A DNA stretch of 64,000 bases from Trueperaceae bacterium (GTDB lineage Bacteria; Deinococcota; Deinococci; Deinococcales; Trueperaceae), in contig CBDCDZ010000004.1 of NCBI GenBank assembly GCA_965215565.1, positions 640,001 through 704,000 on the forward strand, given 5' to 3'. Under the pieces are notes generated by a model. It had not been told where the DNA came from and did no database searches. It saw only the letters and a list, made by a program, of their open reading frames with translations. Both the position numbers and the translations under genes were made by a program. Shown here in pieces: positions 8,828 through 19,184 of the stretch; position 1 is the stretch's first letter, and every line of letters begins with the position of its first letter.

Positions 8828-9862
8828 ATGGAAGCAACCGACTTCGACATCGCCCCCTTACTCACCGATGTCTTCGAAGGCAAAACGTTAGGTCAAGACC
8901 GAGCGCAACAGGTCATGGGGCAACTCATGGACGGTATTCTCAGCCAGATGCAAGCCGCCGCACTTTTGGCCGCCTTACGCACAAGAGGTGAAACGGTGGA
9001 TGAAATCATCGGCTTCGCCCAAGCGATGCGTAAGCGTGCTATCAAAGTTCATGCAAATGTTGACGGACCTCTTTTAGACACCTGCGGCACGGGCGGCACG
9101 GGCGTCAGCACGATTAACATCAGCACGGCGAGCCTCTTCGTGGTGGCGGCGGGCGGCGTAAAGGTTGCCAAGCACGGCAACCGCGCTGTAACGCGCAAGT
9201 CGGGGGCAGCGGATGTGTTGGAGGCGTTCGGCGTCAACCTGGAGGCGACGCCCGAACGCTTAGCCGAGAGCATCCGGGAGGTGGGGCTAGCGTTTATCTA
9301 CGCCCGCGCTCACCACCCCGCTATGAAGTTCGTCGCGCCGATTCGGGCGAACCTCAAAGCGCGTACCATCTTTAACTCACTCGGACCTCTTACGAACCCG
9401 GCCGGGGCGAATAGACAACTTTTGGGCGTCTACGATCCGGCGCTGACCGAACCTCTTGCGCAAGTTTTAGGCGGGCTCGGCGCAGAACGTGCGATGGTTG
9501 TCTACGGTGACGGCATTGATGAGCTTACTGTGTGCGGCGAGACGAAGGTGACAGAACTTGACGCAGAGGGTACGCTCCGCAGCTACGTCGTGCATCCTAG
9601 AAGCGTCGGCTTGGCGGTCTATGACCGCGCCGAAATCATGGGCGGCACGCCCGAGGAGAATGCGGTCATGATTCGAGGCATTTTGCAAGGCGAGGTGCAC
9701 GGCGCGAAGCGTGACGTGGTGCTCCTCAATGCAGGCGCAGCGCTCTACTTGGCGAATAAAGCGCCAACGCTTGCGGAGGGTGTCGTGCTGGCGACTGAGT
9801 TGATTGAGGAGGGTAAGGCGGCGCGGAAGTTGGAGGAGTATGTCGCGTTTAGCCAAGGATAG
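8828..9862 (+). CDS. trpD: Anthranilate phosphoribosyltransferase
   Basis: DTCGTGG, NISTA, KHGNR, HHPAMK and GPLTNP motifs; GGAGG RBS. Confidence 0.95.
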   Translation: MEATDFDIAPLLTDVFEGKTLGQDRAQQVMGQLMDGILSQMQAAALLAALRTRGETVDEIIGFAQAMRKRAIKVHANVDGPLLDTCGTGGTGVSTINISTASLFVVAAGGVKVAKHGNRAVTRKSGAADVLEAFGVNLEATPERLAESIREVGLAFIYARAHHPAMKFVAPIRANLKARTIFNSLGPLTNPAGANRQLLGVYDPALTEPLAQVLGGLGAERAMVVYGDGIDELTVCGETKVTELDAEGTLRSYVVHPRSVGLAVYDRAEIMGGTPEENAVMIRGILQGEVHGAKRDVVLLNAGAALYLANKAPTLAEGVVLATELIEEGKAARKLEEYVAFSQG

Positions 9863-9890
9863 AAGAGGTCTCGAGCTAAGACCCTAACCG

Positions 9891-10244
9891 CTATTCTGGA
9901 CGCACTTCATCTGGTTCTGGGTCAACCTCAAATTGAACTGCTTGAGTTTCTTTCATACCAAGCAACCACGCTTTCGCGATTCTATGCCCGCCGTCCATCA
10001 AATGACCTTCGGCTGACAGAATGATGGGATAAGACGAATCAGCCTCATAAATCCGTTTGGCGTGAGCGGCTACGGCTCGGCAAGTGGGCGTATCAGTCTG
10101 ATCGAACCAACAGTTCTGGTCAAACTCTGCGACGTTTTCGATAAGAATAGTCTTAACCGGGAGACCTTCTGCAAGCCGCCAAAGCCGCTCCACATACCAA
10201 ACATACCACCCATCCGATTTTAACCGTGAATGTTTGTGTACCAC
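9891..10244 (-). CDS. Hypothetical protein (ParB/Srx-like PIIL..DGGHR motif)
   Basis: YPIILS...LMDGGHRIAKA. Confidence 0.6.
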   Translation of the reverse strand: MVHKHSRLKSDGWYVWYVERLWRLAEGLPVKTILIENVAEFDQNCWFDQTDTPTCRAVAAHAKRIYEADSSYPIILSAEGHLMDGGHRIAKAWLLGMKETQAVQFEVDPEPDEVRPE

Positions 10245-10281
10245 GGGCTTTAATTGTATCGCACGAAGCTAAGTAGCGTAG

Positions 10282-10746
10282 CTACAGATGAACCTCTCGC
10301 CCATCTTGGAGCCGCACGTGTCCCGTTTCCAGCAGCACCTTGAGCTTCAGCAAGTTCTCCGCCACTGCCCCTTTAACCTTACGCTCGGCGAAGCCCTTGA
10401 AGAGCCCTAGCGACGCGCCGCCTAGCGTCCACTCGTCGGTGAGTTTGGTGCTGCCGTTCGTTTCTACAAGCGTGAAGCGCATCTTGAGCATCCGCGCAGG
10501 TGGCAATGTTTCGACGGTAACGGCGCGGTTGGGGCTGTATTCGACGACTTCATAATCTTGCGTGTCCGTTTTGCGCACTTGGCGGTAGACCGTGCCGGTC
10601 TTGCTCACACGCCCTGAAAGTTTGTTGACGGTGAGCACGTGGTAGTTCCACTTAGGCATGTTGCGAAAGTCCGCGAGAAAAGCGAAGACCTCTTCACAGG
10701 GGCGGTCGATGAGAAGGCTGTTTTTGAAGGTGATGATGCGCGTCAT
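10282..10746 (-). CDS. SRPBCC/polyketide cyclase family protein
   Basis: IDRP.EEVFAFLAD..N.PKW; C-terminal L..LK.LLE. Confidence 0.8.
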   Translation of the reverse strand: MTRIITFKNSLLIDRPCEEVFAFLADFRNMPKWNYHVLTVNKLSGRVSKTGTVYRQVRKTDTQDYEVVEYSPNRAVTVETLPPARMLKMRFTLVETNGSTKLTDEWTLGGASLGLFKGFAERKVKGAVAENLLKLKVLLETGHVRLQDGREVHL

Positions 10747-10965
10747 CTAACCGCGCTCGTTTCCACGTTTGAAATTGCCCGTCAGCTTTGCCATGATGAG
10801 CTGAGCATTTTGGGAGGTTGCGTGCTCGAGCCTCCCCACCACCCTCTTCGCCTCTTTCCCTTTGAGGATTTTTACGCGCCTACCCTCCCAAAAGATAAAG
10901 AGGGTATCCTTACCTGCCTGATAAGAGAAAGGTGCTTCGCCCAGCTTGCCTCGTTTGTCAACCAC
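10747..10965 (-). CDS. Small hypothetical protein
   Basis: QLIMAKLTGNFKRGNER; GAGG RBS; abuts the next gene. Confidence 0.65.
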   Translation of the reverse strand: MVDKRGKLGEAPFSYQAGKDTLFIFWEGRRVKILKGKEAKRVVGRLEHATSQNAQLIMAKLTGNFKRGNERG

Positions 10966-10990
10966 CTCTTCAGTTTACGACAAACTCGGG

Positions 10991-11560
10991 TCATGAAGAC
11001 TGAACGAACGCCTTGACCTCTTCTTTCGAGTCGCGCCCAAATTTCTTCTGCACGAGCCGCGCAAAGGGGTGACCCAACCTCGCGAGCAGATGCTTCGGCT
11101 TGGAGACCGCGAAGACCTCGTACCAGACCGAATCATCTGAGAGCCACTCCACCAAGAAGCGCTCTTCGCCGCTCTCGACGTGCTTGGGCAGCGTGCCAAG
11201 GGCGAAGCAGTAGCGCCGCTTATCGTCGACGACATAGACGATTCTCACTGCACTTTTCACCCATACCCCAGGCAGGTGCGCGAGAATCCCCACGGACACG
11301 CCCTCTTTAATCGGCACGTCCGGCGGGTAGAGCGTCATCCAGGCGCTCGGGTAGACCTTCCAGGTGCGCACCGCCTCTACCGCGCGCTCAAACACCTCTT
11401 TCCCCTCACCGAGTTTGACGCGGTAGCGGTCAACAGCGTACTTGTCAGGCACGCTGTCCTCTTGCGACATGCCGATGTCGTCATAAGAGAAGGGCTCGGC
11501 GCTCTGCTGGGCTAAAAAGGTGCGCATCTCACGCTCTGACGGTTGGCGGAGGGAAAACAT
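10991..11560 (-). CDS. DUF1990 family protein
   Basis: LGEG..VFERA and GTLPKHVESGEERF motifs. Confidence 0.85.
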   Translation of the reverse strand: MFSLRQPSEREMRTFLAQQSAEPFSYDDIGMSQEDSVPDKYAVDRYRVKLGEGKEVFERAVEAVRTWKVYPSAWMTLYPPDVPIKEGVSVGILAHLPGVWVKSAVRIVYVVDDKRRYCFALGTLPKHVESGEERFLVEWLSDDSVWYEVFAVSKPKHLLARLGHPFARLVQKKFGRDSKEEVKAFVQSS

Positions 11561-11604
11561 AGCACTAGTGTGGCGCGTTTTCGTGGTGAGGACTAGGGGG
11601 TAAA

Positions 11605-11727
11605 GAGCAATGAGTTGAAAGCAATGAGCAATGAGTCTAAAGTCCTTGAATTCCACTCATTGCTCATATAGGTGAGCACGTAAAGTGCTACGGGCGCAGC
11701 CCTTAACCTAGCTCGGTACTCATTGCT
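11605..11727. repeat. Heptamer-built hairpin repeat (GAGCAAT/GAGT units), copy 1
   Basis: gagcaatgagt...actcattgctc; related copies at 14632, 27875, 35661 and 57171. Confidence 0.75.
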
Positions 11728-11839
11728 TCTTTTCTCCTCGTTGCTGTCTTTCGTAAACACAGATGAAGTCTCAACGCTACTTGCAAGGTACACTAAAGAG
11801 GTTAAAAGAACCACGAACCTAGTCTTAGAGAGGACCAAT

Positions 11840-13225
11840 ATGGACTACGAACTACTGATTATCGGCTCAGGACCGGGCGGCTACCACGCGGCGATTCGCG
11901 CGGCGCAGCTCGGGATGAAAGTGGCGTGTGTGGAACAGGAGTATGTGGGCGGTGTGTGCCTCAACGTCGGCTGCATCCCTACCAAAGCGCTCCTCCACGT
12001 TGCCGAAGACTTGCGTGAAGCGAAGCACGCGGAGGATTACGGCATCAAGTTCGGTGAGCCGGAAATTGATCTCAAGGCGATGGACAAATGGAAGGACGGC
12101 GTCGTCAAGAAGCTCACAGGCGGTGTGCGCAGCCTCTTCAAAGGCAACAAGGTCGAACTGATCGAGGGGACCGCCAAGTTCAAGGACGAAAATACGGTAG
12201 AGGTCGGCGACAAGACCGTCACAGCGGACAAAATTATTGTGGCGACGGGCTCGGAGCCAATTGAAATTCCCGGTTTCGAGACGAACGGCGAGACGATTGT
12301 CAACTCGACGGGTGCGCTTCTGGTCTCCGAAGTGCCGGAGCGCTTTCTAGCCATCGGCGGCAGCGCCATCGGCTTAGAGTTCTCGGACATTTATAACGCA
12401 CTAGGCTCCGAAGTGACCGTCGTCGAACTCATGGACCAGATCGTCCCGACGTCCGACCCCGACGCGGCGAAGGAGTTGCGCAAGTCGTTCGAGAAGCGCG
12501 GCATCAATATTAAGACGGGCGCGAAGGCGACGGGGCAGAAGGAGACCGATGACGGGCTAGAGGTCACGCTCGAGACTGAAGACGGTGAAGAGACCATCAC
12601 CGTGGACAAGATTCTCGTCGCGGTAGGGCGCAAGCCGAGGGGGGAAAACTTAGGGCTCGAGGACATCGGCGTCAAAGTCGAGCAGGGTTTCATTCCCACG
12701 AACAACCACATGCAGACCAACGTCCCGCATATCTACGCCATCGGCGACGTGGCGCGTCCGCCCCTCTTGGCGCATAAAGCCATGAAAGAGGGCTTAGTCG
12801 CCGCCGAGCACGCCTCCGGCAAACCGAGCGCGTACGACACTATCGTACCGAGCGTCGTCTACACGAGCCCCGAACTCGCGTCCGTCGGCATGAGCGAGCA
12901 GGAGGCGAAAGACGCGGGACACAACGTCATCGTGGGTAGCTTCCCGATGCAAGCCTCCGGGCGCGCCATGACGCTAGGCGTCACCGAGGGCATCGTTAAA
13001 GTCATCGCCGACGAAGAGTCGGACCAGCTTTTAGGCTTTCACATGGTTGGACCGAGCGCGGGAGATATGGTCTCCGAGGCAGCACTCGCCATCGAGATGG
13101 GCGCGACGCTAGGTGACATCTCGCTGACGCAGCACGCGCATCCCACCATCGCTGAGAGCTTTATGGAGGCGGCGGAGGCGGCGCACGGCGAGGCGATTCA
13201 TATTGCAAATAAGAAGAAAAAGTAG
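11840..13225 (+). CDS. lpdA: Dihydrolipoamide dehydrogenase
   Basis: [19 protein letters not shown] and HPTIAE motifs. Confidence 0.95.
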   Translation: MDYELLIIGSGPGGYHAAIRAAQLGMKVACVEQEYVGGVCLNVGCIPTKALLHVAEDLREAKHAEDYGIKFGEPEIDLKAMDKWKDGVVKKLTGGVRSLFKGNKVELIEGTAKFKDENTVEVGDKTVTADKIIVATGSEPIEIPGFETNGETIVNSTGALLVSEVPERFLAIGGSAIGLEFSDIYNALGSEVTVVELMDQIVPTSDPDAAKELRKSFEKRGINIKTGAKATGQKETDDGLEVTLETEDGEETITVDKILVAVGRKPRGENLGLEDIGVKVEQGFIPTNNHMQTNVPHIYAIGDVARPPLLAHKAMKEGLVAAEHASGKPSAYDTIVPSVVYTSPELASVGMSEQEAKDAGHNVIVGSFPMQASGRAMTLGVTEGIVKVIADEESDQLLGFHMVGPSAGDMVSEAALAIEMGATLGDISLTQHAHPTIAESFMEAAEAAHGEAIHIANKKKK

Positions 13226-13366
13226 CAGGTATCATCTGGTCACATCACAGCAGATATCAAAGCCTGTCTCCCGCTGGTCGGAGCTGGTCATAGATAAACC
13301 AAGTTGAACAGGCGTTATAGTAGGCAATCGATGTGATGGTACCTGTGATCATTTCTTAATCAAACG

Positions 13367-13400
13367 AAAAGAGGTAGCGCTGAGCTACCTCTTCTTTTTT
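13367..13400 (+). terminator. Intrinsic terminator after lpdA
   Basis: AAGAGGTAGC-gctga-GCTACCTCTT followed by a T run. Confidence 0.75.
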
Positions 13401-13422
13401 GCGTCATATCGTAGCAAGGGGT

Positions 13423-13582
13423 TATACGGATTCCGGTTGATTGCTACATAAACTCCGACGCTTCGCGCTTCGTTGGAGTCGGAGTTTCTTCCGCAATCAC
13501 CGGAATCCGTCACTGTTTTTACTCGCATCCGCTCGGGATTAAACACGCTACTTTGTAGCGTGTTTAATCGGAAAGGGTATTA
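13423..13582. repeat. ATACGGATTCCG-type palindromic repeat, copy 1
   Basis: Inverted homolog at 58919-59056; internal hairpins; overlaps the stop codon of ORF 13580. Confidence 0.85.
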
Positions 13583-14509
13583 CAACCCTTTGTTAGCGAA
13601 CGTCACCCAATCGGGTTCAATCTCGAAGCCGAGTTTGCGCAAAACATACTGCGTAGAGGCGTTTTCTTTTGCGCCGCCACCCGCGTTGAGTTCGGTGTAG
13701 CCTCTGGATTGAGCGAACTCAGCGACTAGGGCCCCTAACACCGTTCCAATTCCTCGGTTACGGTAAGCGCGTGAAACGCCTAGAAAAGCGATGGCTGTCG
13801 TTGTTCTGTCGTCCACCTCGAGCCCCGCATATCCAACATACTGCTCGTTATGCACAGCGACAAAAATGCTGCTCCGATTTATCTCAGGACTATGAATGTC
13901 AGGGTGATGTTTGGGAATAATCGGCTCATGATAGGGGGCGTCGGCTTCTGTTTCAGCGTGAAGCGCTAAGAGTTTTTCGTCTCTCTCAGCGTCACCCAAG
14001 AGGTCAGGAAAAGGTTTGATGGCGACGCCTTCTGCCTCCAACCTCTCTGTCAGAGGTGAAAACTCGGTAGCGTCAAACTGCGAGAGGTTAAGCTCGCCGC
14101 CGAAGCTGCGGAACTGTTCTGTAAATCCTTCCAGATAACCCGACATCGGCACGAAGTCCTCACGGACGCAGCTCCAGACCTCTTTAGCGGATAAGTTAAA
14201 ATGGGTTAGGGCGTACTCGAGCACCCGCGTGTCTACACCTGTGTTGCGGTGGTCGGCTCGAGTCACAATCCCCGTCCACGTGCGCCCTGAAACGGTTGTC
14301 CCCGCCCAATTTGTCGTGAGATACCCTGTCGCGATGACCTCACCGTCTTTTTCGGCAACGTAGCGCCGATAGTGTGGGTCACTGCGCCGCTTGATCTTAT
14401 CCGAACACTGCATCTGCTCGGGTGTAATCTGAAAGTGAGGTTCGTTTTGGGCGTTATGAACCTTTGCTGCTTGGGGGTAGTCCTGTTCTGCAATGCTGCG
14501 AATAAGCAA
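13580..14509 (-). CDS. Tandem GNAT acetyltransferase
   Basis: Two motif-A segments (RADHRNTG; VSRAYRNRGIG) and N......RKLGF. Confidence 0.8.
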   Translation of the reverse strand: MLIRSIAEQDYPQAAKVHNAQNEPHFQITPEQMQCSDKIKRRSDPHYRRYVAEKDGEVIATGYLTTNWAGTTVSGRTWTGIVTRADHRNTGVDTRVLEYALTHFNLSAKEVWSCVREDFVPMSGYLEGFTEQFRSFGGELNLSQFDATEFSPLTERLEAEGVAIKPFPDLLGDAERDEKLLALHAETEADAPYHEPIIPKHHPDIHSPEINRSSIFVAVHNEQYVGYAGLEVDDRTTTAIAFLGVSRAYRNRGIGTVLGALVAEFAQSRGYTELNAGGGAKENASTQYVLRKLGFEIEPDWVTFANKGL

Positions 14510-14631
14510 GATGTGCTCCTCTGATTGAGTGAGACGTTAAAGGCTGCTGGTCGTAAAGGTACTCAGTCATCAAAACACCTGCTTTCTGCTGAGCACTCTA
14601 GCACGAAAGGAAGCAATCCAGTCGAGCTGGA

Positions 14632-14707
14632 CGAACGGTGAGAAACGAGCAATAAGTTGAAAGTAGAAAGCCTGAAGGTTTCAACTCATTGCTCACCGTT
14701 CGTTCCT
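14632..14707. repeat. Heptamer-built hairpin repeat, copy 2
   Basis: cgaacggtgag..gagcaataagttgaaa...tttcaactcattgctcaccgttcg. Confidence 0.7.
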
Positions 14708-14729
14708 ACAGCTAGTGAGAGCATATGTA

Positions 14730-14948
14730 TAGCAATTAACATAAGTACTGATTGGAATAGCGTAAGTCTCAGCCTGCTAAGGTTAGCGGGATTTCATTCT
14801 CAAATGTGCGTGCTGCTTTCTGAAAGCCCGTAGGGACGAAGTTTTCGCAAAGCGAATGACGTAGTTTGCCGTTAGGCAACGGTGTTCTACATCGTGAGAG
14901 CGTCTCTTCGCAAAACTTACGTACACTCAAACTAAATAATACTTGCTA
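14730..14948. mobile_element. MITE subfamily A' (TAGCAA...TTGCTA) with nested hairpin inserts
   Basis: Homologous to 23030-23388, 31075-31185 and 22334-22446; TA on both flanks. Confidence 0.75.
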
Positions 14949-14959
14949 TAGCTGTAGAA

Positions 14960-15190
14960 TTCGCCCCCGAGAAGGTGCTTAATTTGTTTATCTTCGAAGG
15001 GTCCAAGTTCAATCTCCGTCCGTTTTCCGTACCTCTTTACAGCTTCACGAACTTTCTCTAAAGCGTAATCGCGAACGCTAGCCACGATCTTGAACTTTTG
15101 ATCTGTCCTCTGGTCATAAAGAAGCTGAAGCACGTAGTTAAAGCCGCTTACACGGTTTGCATCATCGGCAAAAATGAGGTACTCGCTTGA
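14960..15190 (-). pseudogene. Fragment of a P-loop NTPase (Walker B LIFADDAN)
   Basis: EYLIFADDANRVSGFNYVLQLL...KIVASVRDYALEKV; cut by the MITE. Confidence 0.45.
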
Positions 15191-15603
15191 GTCGGATTGC
15201 TCAGGTGACCCTCTGGACCGATGACCACGCTCTGAACCGAGATGAAGTGATTTAGGGGTGCGCTCTCATCCAGTTGGTTCGTCTCTGCGTCAGGGTAGGG
15301 GACGACTTCGCCATCTATGACCTCCGCGACGGTTGTGGGCACCCCCTCTTCCCAGCGCGGGAAGTTGACGAACACGCGCCCGTCCTCAGACACCGTGACG
15401 CCTGTAGGCATCAGCTCGGGAAAGGTCGCGACGACTTCGGGTTCACCAATGGGGCGGCGTTCGGGTAGATTCTGCGGTGCGCCGAGTGTTGCACCGCCTG
15501 TCATCTCGCTTACCGTACCACCTGACGATGTACCGCCCGTTTGAGCGAACGCGCCCGTTGTCAGTAAAGTGATAGTGAGTGCTGCGAGTAAACTTCGGTT
15601 CAT
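15148..15603 (-). pseudogene. Secreted major-royal-jelly/SMP-30-like beta-propeller, truncated
   Basis: Signal peptide; MPTGVTVSEDGRVFVNFPRW...SVQSVV; runs into unrelated DNA after about 135 aa. Confidence 0.7.
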
Positions 15604-15808
15604 ACGGTCTGCGTCTCCGCGACGTTGTGACCGAACAAAGCCAAGGTGTCCGCGTGGTCGGTGTAGGAACCGGGCTAACCTTCGCTGCCGAAGGTCGCCT
15701 TGAGCGCAGCGGCGGCGGTGCAGAGCCGCGTATTGCCGTCCATGTGCAGCGTGCCTGAGCCCGCCTTACCGATGACGCCCAGCGTGTAGTACTCCTCACA
15801 ACGCCTAA

Positions 15809-16327
15809 TTAACGATTAACTTTGCCGCGCAACGCCTTCACCGCCCGCCACACCTCAGGCGCGGCGAGCGCAGCAGAAACGACCGAGGCGAGCGTCGCCA
15901 CCTGACAGTACTGGCAAAACGCCCCGTTCTCCGCCCACTCCTCGCGAGCGAGTTGCAAGGTCGTGCCCACGTCGTAGAGGAGCTTCGCGCCCATCGCGAT
16001 GGGCAAAAGCGGCGTCTCGTCCGCCCGGTCCTCGCCACCTGCGCCCGCGAGCCAGGTCGTGACGGCGTAGGTCGTCACCATCGCCACACCGTCGGGGCTA
16101 CGGTAGCGCTTATAGGCGTAGTCCGAGGCGTCCACTTTGGTGGCGTTAAAGACCTTGCCGAGCTTGCCGGGTGGGTCGGGCAGACGGGGGACGAGGCCCA
16201 TCTGATAGGCCGAGACGAGCTGGCCCATCGAGACGCCCACGAGGTTTAGTCCGACGATCCAGCGGCGGCGGGTCAGGTCAGGCGTTTTGTGATTGCGCAG
16301 TTCACGGCTGAGTTGCGTTGGGTTCAT
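15809..16327 (-). CDS. Vitamin K epoxide reductase (VKOR)-family protein
   Basis: VDASDYAY...PDG and C-terminal FCQYC. Confidence 0.75.
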   Translation of the reverse strand: MNPTQLSRELRNHKTPDLTRRRWIVGLNLVGVSMGQLVSAYQMGLVPRLPDPPGKLGKVFNATKVDASDYAYKRYRSPDGVAMVTTYAVTTWLAGAGGEDRADETPLLPIAMGAKLLYDVGTTLQLAREEWAENGAFCQYCQVATLASVVSAALAAPEVWRAVKALRGKVNR

Positions 16328-16472
16328 CTTTCTCCTTTATTCACAGTGTCGAGCGGTCCTTATGCGGCGGCGAGCGTTTAGCCGCCTCTTCGTTGTGCAG
16401 TTTCGTTGTGCGGCGCAGCAGGCTTCAGCGGTGCTCTTTGCTCTTCACCTCTCTAGTAGAATCAGCCTTCAC

Positions 16473-17504
16473 TTACCGCCGCGAGGCGTACCAGAGCGCG
16501 GCAGCGAATCCTGTACCAGCGAGCAAAGTCCCGGCGAGCCCTGGACGCAACGAGGCGGCGGTGTAGGGGCTCGAGCCGATGACTACCCCCTCGTAGCCGC
16601 CGCGCGCCTCCAGCTTGCCTGCTGGCTTATCCAAGCCGTTCTGTTCCAGGGGGAGGGGCGGCTGGTCTTTGCGCTCCTGCTTTACAAACACCGTCTCCAT
16701 CACCTTGTCTAAAAAGCTCGGCGCGTAGTAGCCAAGCATGGCCAAGCTTTTGCCACCCGAGCCGACGAACGCGCCCCGCTTAGGGTGCTCAGCGCAGTAC
16801 AAGATGGTGCGGGCGACGGTCTCCGGCGCGTAGACGGGTGGCGGCAGCGTCGCCGCCTCTTCCATATGGTTCTTCGCGTGGCGAGCGTAGGGCGTGTCGA
16901 TAGCGCTCGGCTTGATGAGCGTGACGGACACGGGCGCACCCTCGTTTTCCAGCTCCATGCGCAGCGACTCGGTGAAGCCTTTCACCGCGTGTTTTGACGC
17001 ACTGTAGATACCTTGTAGTGCGATGGCCCGCTCCGAGAGAACGCTGCCAAGGTTGATCAGCGCGCCTCCGTATTCTCCGCCGTGCTGTTTTCTACTGCGC
17101 TGTTTAAGATGCTTCACTGCCTCTAACGAACCATAAACGAGCCCCCAGACGTTCGTCTCGAAGAGCTTGCGCATCTCCTCTACGGGTATGTCCTCGAGCT
17201 TGCCGTAGATGGAAACGCCCGCGTTATTCACCCAGGTGTCGAAGCCGCCAAAGGTCTCCTGGGCAGTCCGCGCGACCTCACGCACATCTTCTGGCTTGCT
17301 CACGTCACAGACGACGTAAACAGCCTGAGCACCGCCTCTATTCAGCTCTTCGGTCAGTTCCCGGAGCGCGTTCTCGCTCCGCGCCGCCAGCACCAGCCGA
17401 GCACCCCGCGCCGCTGCGAGCCGCGCCGTTACTAACCCGGTGCCCGAGGACGCGCCCGTAATAACCACCACTTGGTCTTCTAGCTTCTTTAGTTTTACGC
17501 TCAC
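16473..17504 (-). CDS. SDR oxidoreductase
   Basis: TGASSGTG, NNAG and YSASK motifs. Confidence 0.9.
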   Translation of the reverse strand: MSVKLKKLEDQVVVITGASSGTGLVTARLAAARGARLVLAARSENALRELTEELNRGGAQAVYVVCDVSKPEDVREVARTAQETFGGFDTWVNNAGVSIYGKLEDIPVEEMRKLFETNVWGLVYGSLEAVKHLKQRSRKQHGGEYGGALINLGSVLSERAIALQGIYSASKHAVKGFTESLRMELENEGAPVSVTLIKPSAIDTPYARHAKNHMEEAATLPPPVYAPETVARTILYCAEHPKRGAFVGSGGKSLAMLGYYAPSFLDKVMETVFVKQERKDQPPLPLEQNGLDKPAGKLEARGGYEGVVIGSSPYTAASLRPGLAGTLLAGTGFAAALWYASRR

Positions 17505-17727
17505 TGCTTACCCCCTCCACAAATGGACCCTGTACCCTCCGCTTTAGAAACATATAGCAGCACCAATGACGTGAGTAGCGGACGGATTAAATGAGCTAGT
17601 AGCTATCTGTACCCCTCAATAGGTTATTTTAGCCCTCCTTTAGGAAGGCTAAACTTTGGAACGCAAAACTTGACTACGCTGTTTTTGCTTCCCCAGGTTT
17701 TTCTAACTGGCTGACGTGGACACAAAA

Positions 17728-18108
17728 CTAAGGGTTAACTTGCTGACGGTAGCCTGTTCTATACGAGGGCACGCGGCGGGTGGCGATGGCGGCTACAACC
17801 TCAAGCAGCCCTAACGTGAGGTGGGGCCAGATGATGAGGTCGTCGAAGCCGAAGAGCCAGGGCGACACCGCTAAGAGCGAGCCGCTCAGCACGTCGAGCC
17901 AGAGGTGGGCGCTCATGCTGAAGACTTTAGCTACCCCTAACTCGTAGTTGGTCAGCAAGCTGTAGAGTAGCGCCCCGGCTCCCAGGACCACCGGTACCCA
18001 AGTCTCCGCGCCGCCCGCTGCGAAGCCGAACAGCCACGGCGCGGCGATAAGCAATGCGCCCATCAAATAATCTAAAACGCCGTGAATACGTGTTGGAATA
18101 AATCTCAT
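17728..18108 (-). CDS. SPW-repeat membrane protein
   Basis: HGVLDY..APWLFGF and SPWLFGF. Confidence 0.8.
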   Translation of the reverse strand: MRFIPTRIHGVLDYLMGALLIAAPWLFGFAAGGAETWVPVVLGAGALLYSLLTNYELGVAKVFSMSAHLWLDVLSGSLLAVSPWLFGFDDLIIWPHLTLGLLEVVAAIATRRVPSYRTGYRQQVNP

Positions 18109-18191
18109 GGACCCCCCTAGGGCTATGCGGACATGCTCCGCTCGAAGGCTGCTCCGTTCCTAATTGCTTTTTATGACAAACTAATGGCGAC

Positions 18192-19004
18192 TCACTGACC
18201 GGCGTTCTGCTGACCTGCCGACTCGAGCACCCCAGCGAAGTCCTCCAAGGCGTCTTGCAAAGCTGGATCGACCTCTTCGGCTACCCCACGTGTGCTTTCT
18301 GCGAGCGAGCTGAAAATCTCGCCTAGCTGCGCCTGGTCGGGCTGCTCGGCTTGCAGCGCGTTCTGTAACTCCTCCAGGTCTTCTACAAGCTGCTCCGCCG
18401 CGTCGCCCTCTATATTCGTCAGGATGCGCCCCTGCCACGCCTCGATGTTGAGCAGCGCTGCCGCGAGCGAGGCGCTGGCGAGGTCGCCCTGCAAAAACTG
18501 GGCCGTCCGGCCGAGCACAGGCGGCACCACCGGGATGACGTTGGAGAGGTCAGCTTGTGGCTGCTGCTGGACCGTCTGCCCGACCTCTTGCAGGACGTAA
18601 CTGAGCGTCGAGAGGCGTCTGGCGAGGTCCTCGTCGTCTACATTTGAGGCGATTTCATCCGTCTGCTCGCCCAGGCCGACGAGCTGTTCAGCAATAGCAG
18701 CGCGGTCAAGCGAAGAGGCTTGCAGCGCTTCGGCGAGGCTTCCCAAGTCTCCCGACAGGCTCATTAGTTGCTCGTCGCCCGTCGCCTCTAAGCGCGCCTG
18801 CCAGCCCTGGATGTTCTGTACAGCAGCCTGCACCGAGGCCTGCCCCAGACCCATCGTGAAGAGCCCAAAGGTCTCCGATACGGTAGAAACGTTGTAGACC
18901 TCTTGCGAGCCGCCCGTCTGCGCCCCGCCCGTCTGCAACCCACCCGTCTCCTGCGCAAAAGCGACAGGCAGCAGACCTATAAGCAAAACCTTTGTTACAT
19001 TCAT
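18192..19004 (-). CDS. Secreted helical protein with an internal duplication and QTGG repeats
   Basis: Signal peptide; two NI..WQ.R(L/I) helical repeats. Confidence 0.7.
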   Translation of the reverse strand: MNVTKVLLIGLLPVAFAQETGGLQTGGAQTGGSQEVYNVSTVSETFGLFTMGLGQASVQAAVQNIQGWQARLEATGDEQLMSLSGDLGSLAEALQASSLDRAAIAEQLVGLGEQTDEIASNVDDEDLARRLSTLSYVLQEVGQTVQQQPQADLSNVIPVVPPVLGRTAQFLQGDLASASLAAALLNIEAWQGRILTNIEGDAAEQLVEDLEELQNALQAEQPDQAQLGEIFSSLAESTRGVAEEVDPALQDALEDFAGVLESAGQQNAGQ

Positions 19005-19184
19005 CCTTACCCCCCCTGGTGTAATGCCGTTAAGCGGTAACGTGCATGACCTTCTCCGTGCTCCGCTGTGCGACACCTCGAGGGTAAAGCAGGGGGGCGG
19101 ATGCGAAAGTACGCCCGCCCCCCTTCGCTGCTGAGCAGGTCACGGGTTTTCATCATGGGTGTAAGCGAGTATGGACCTCCTCTC

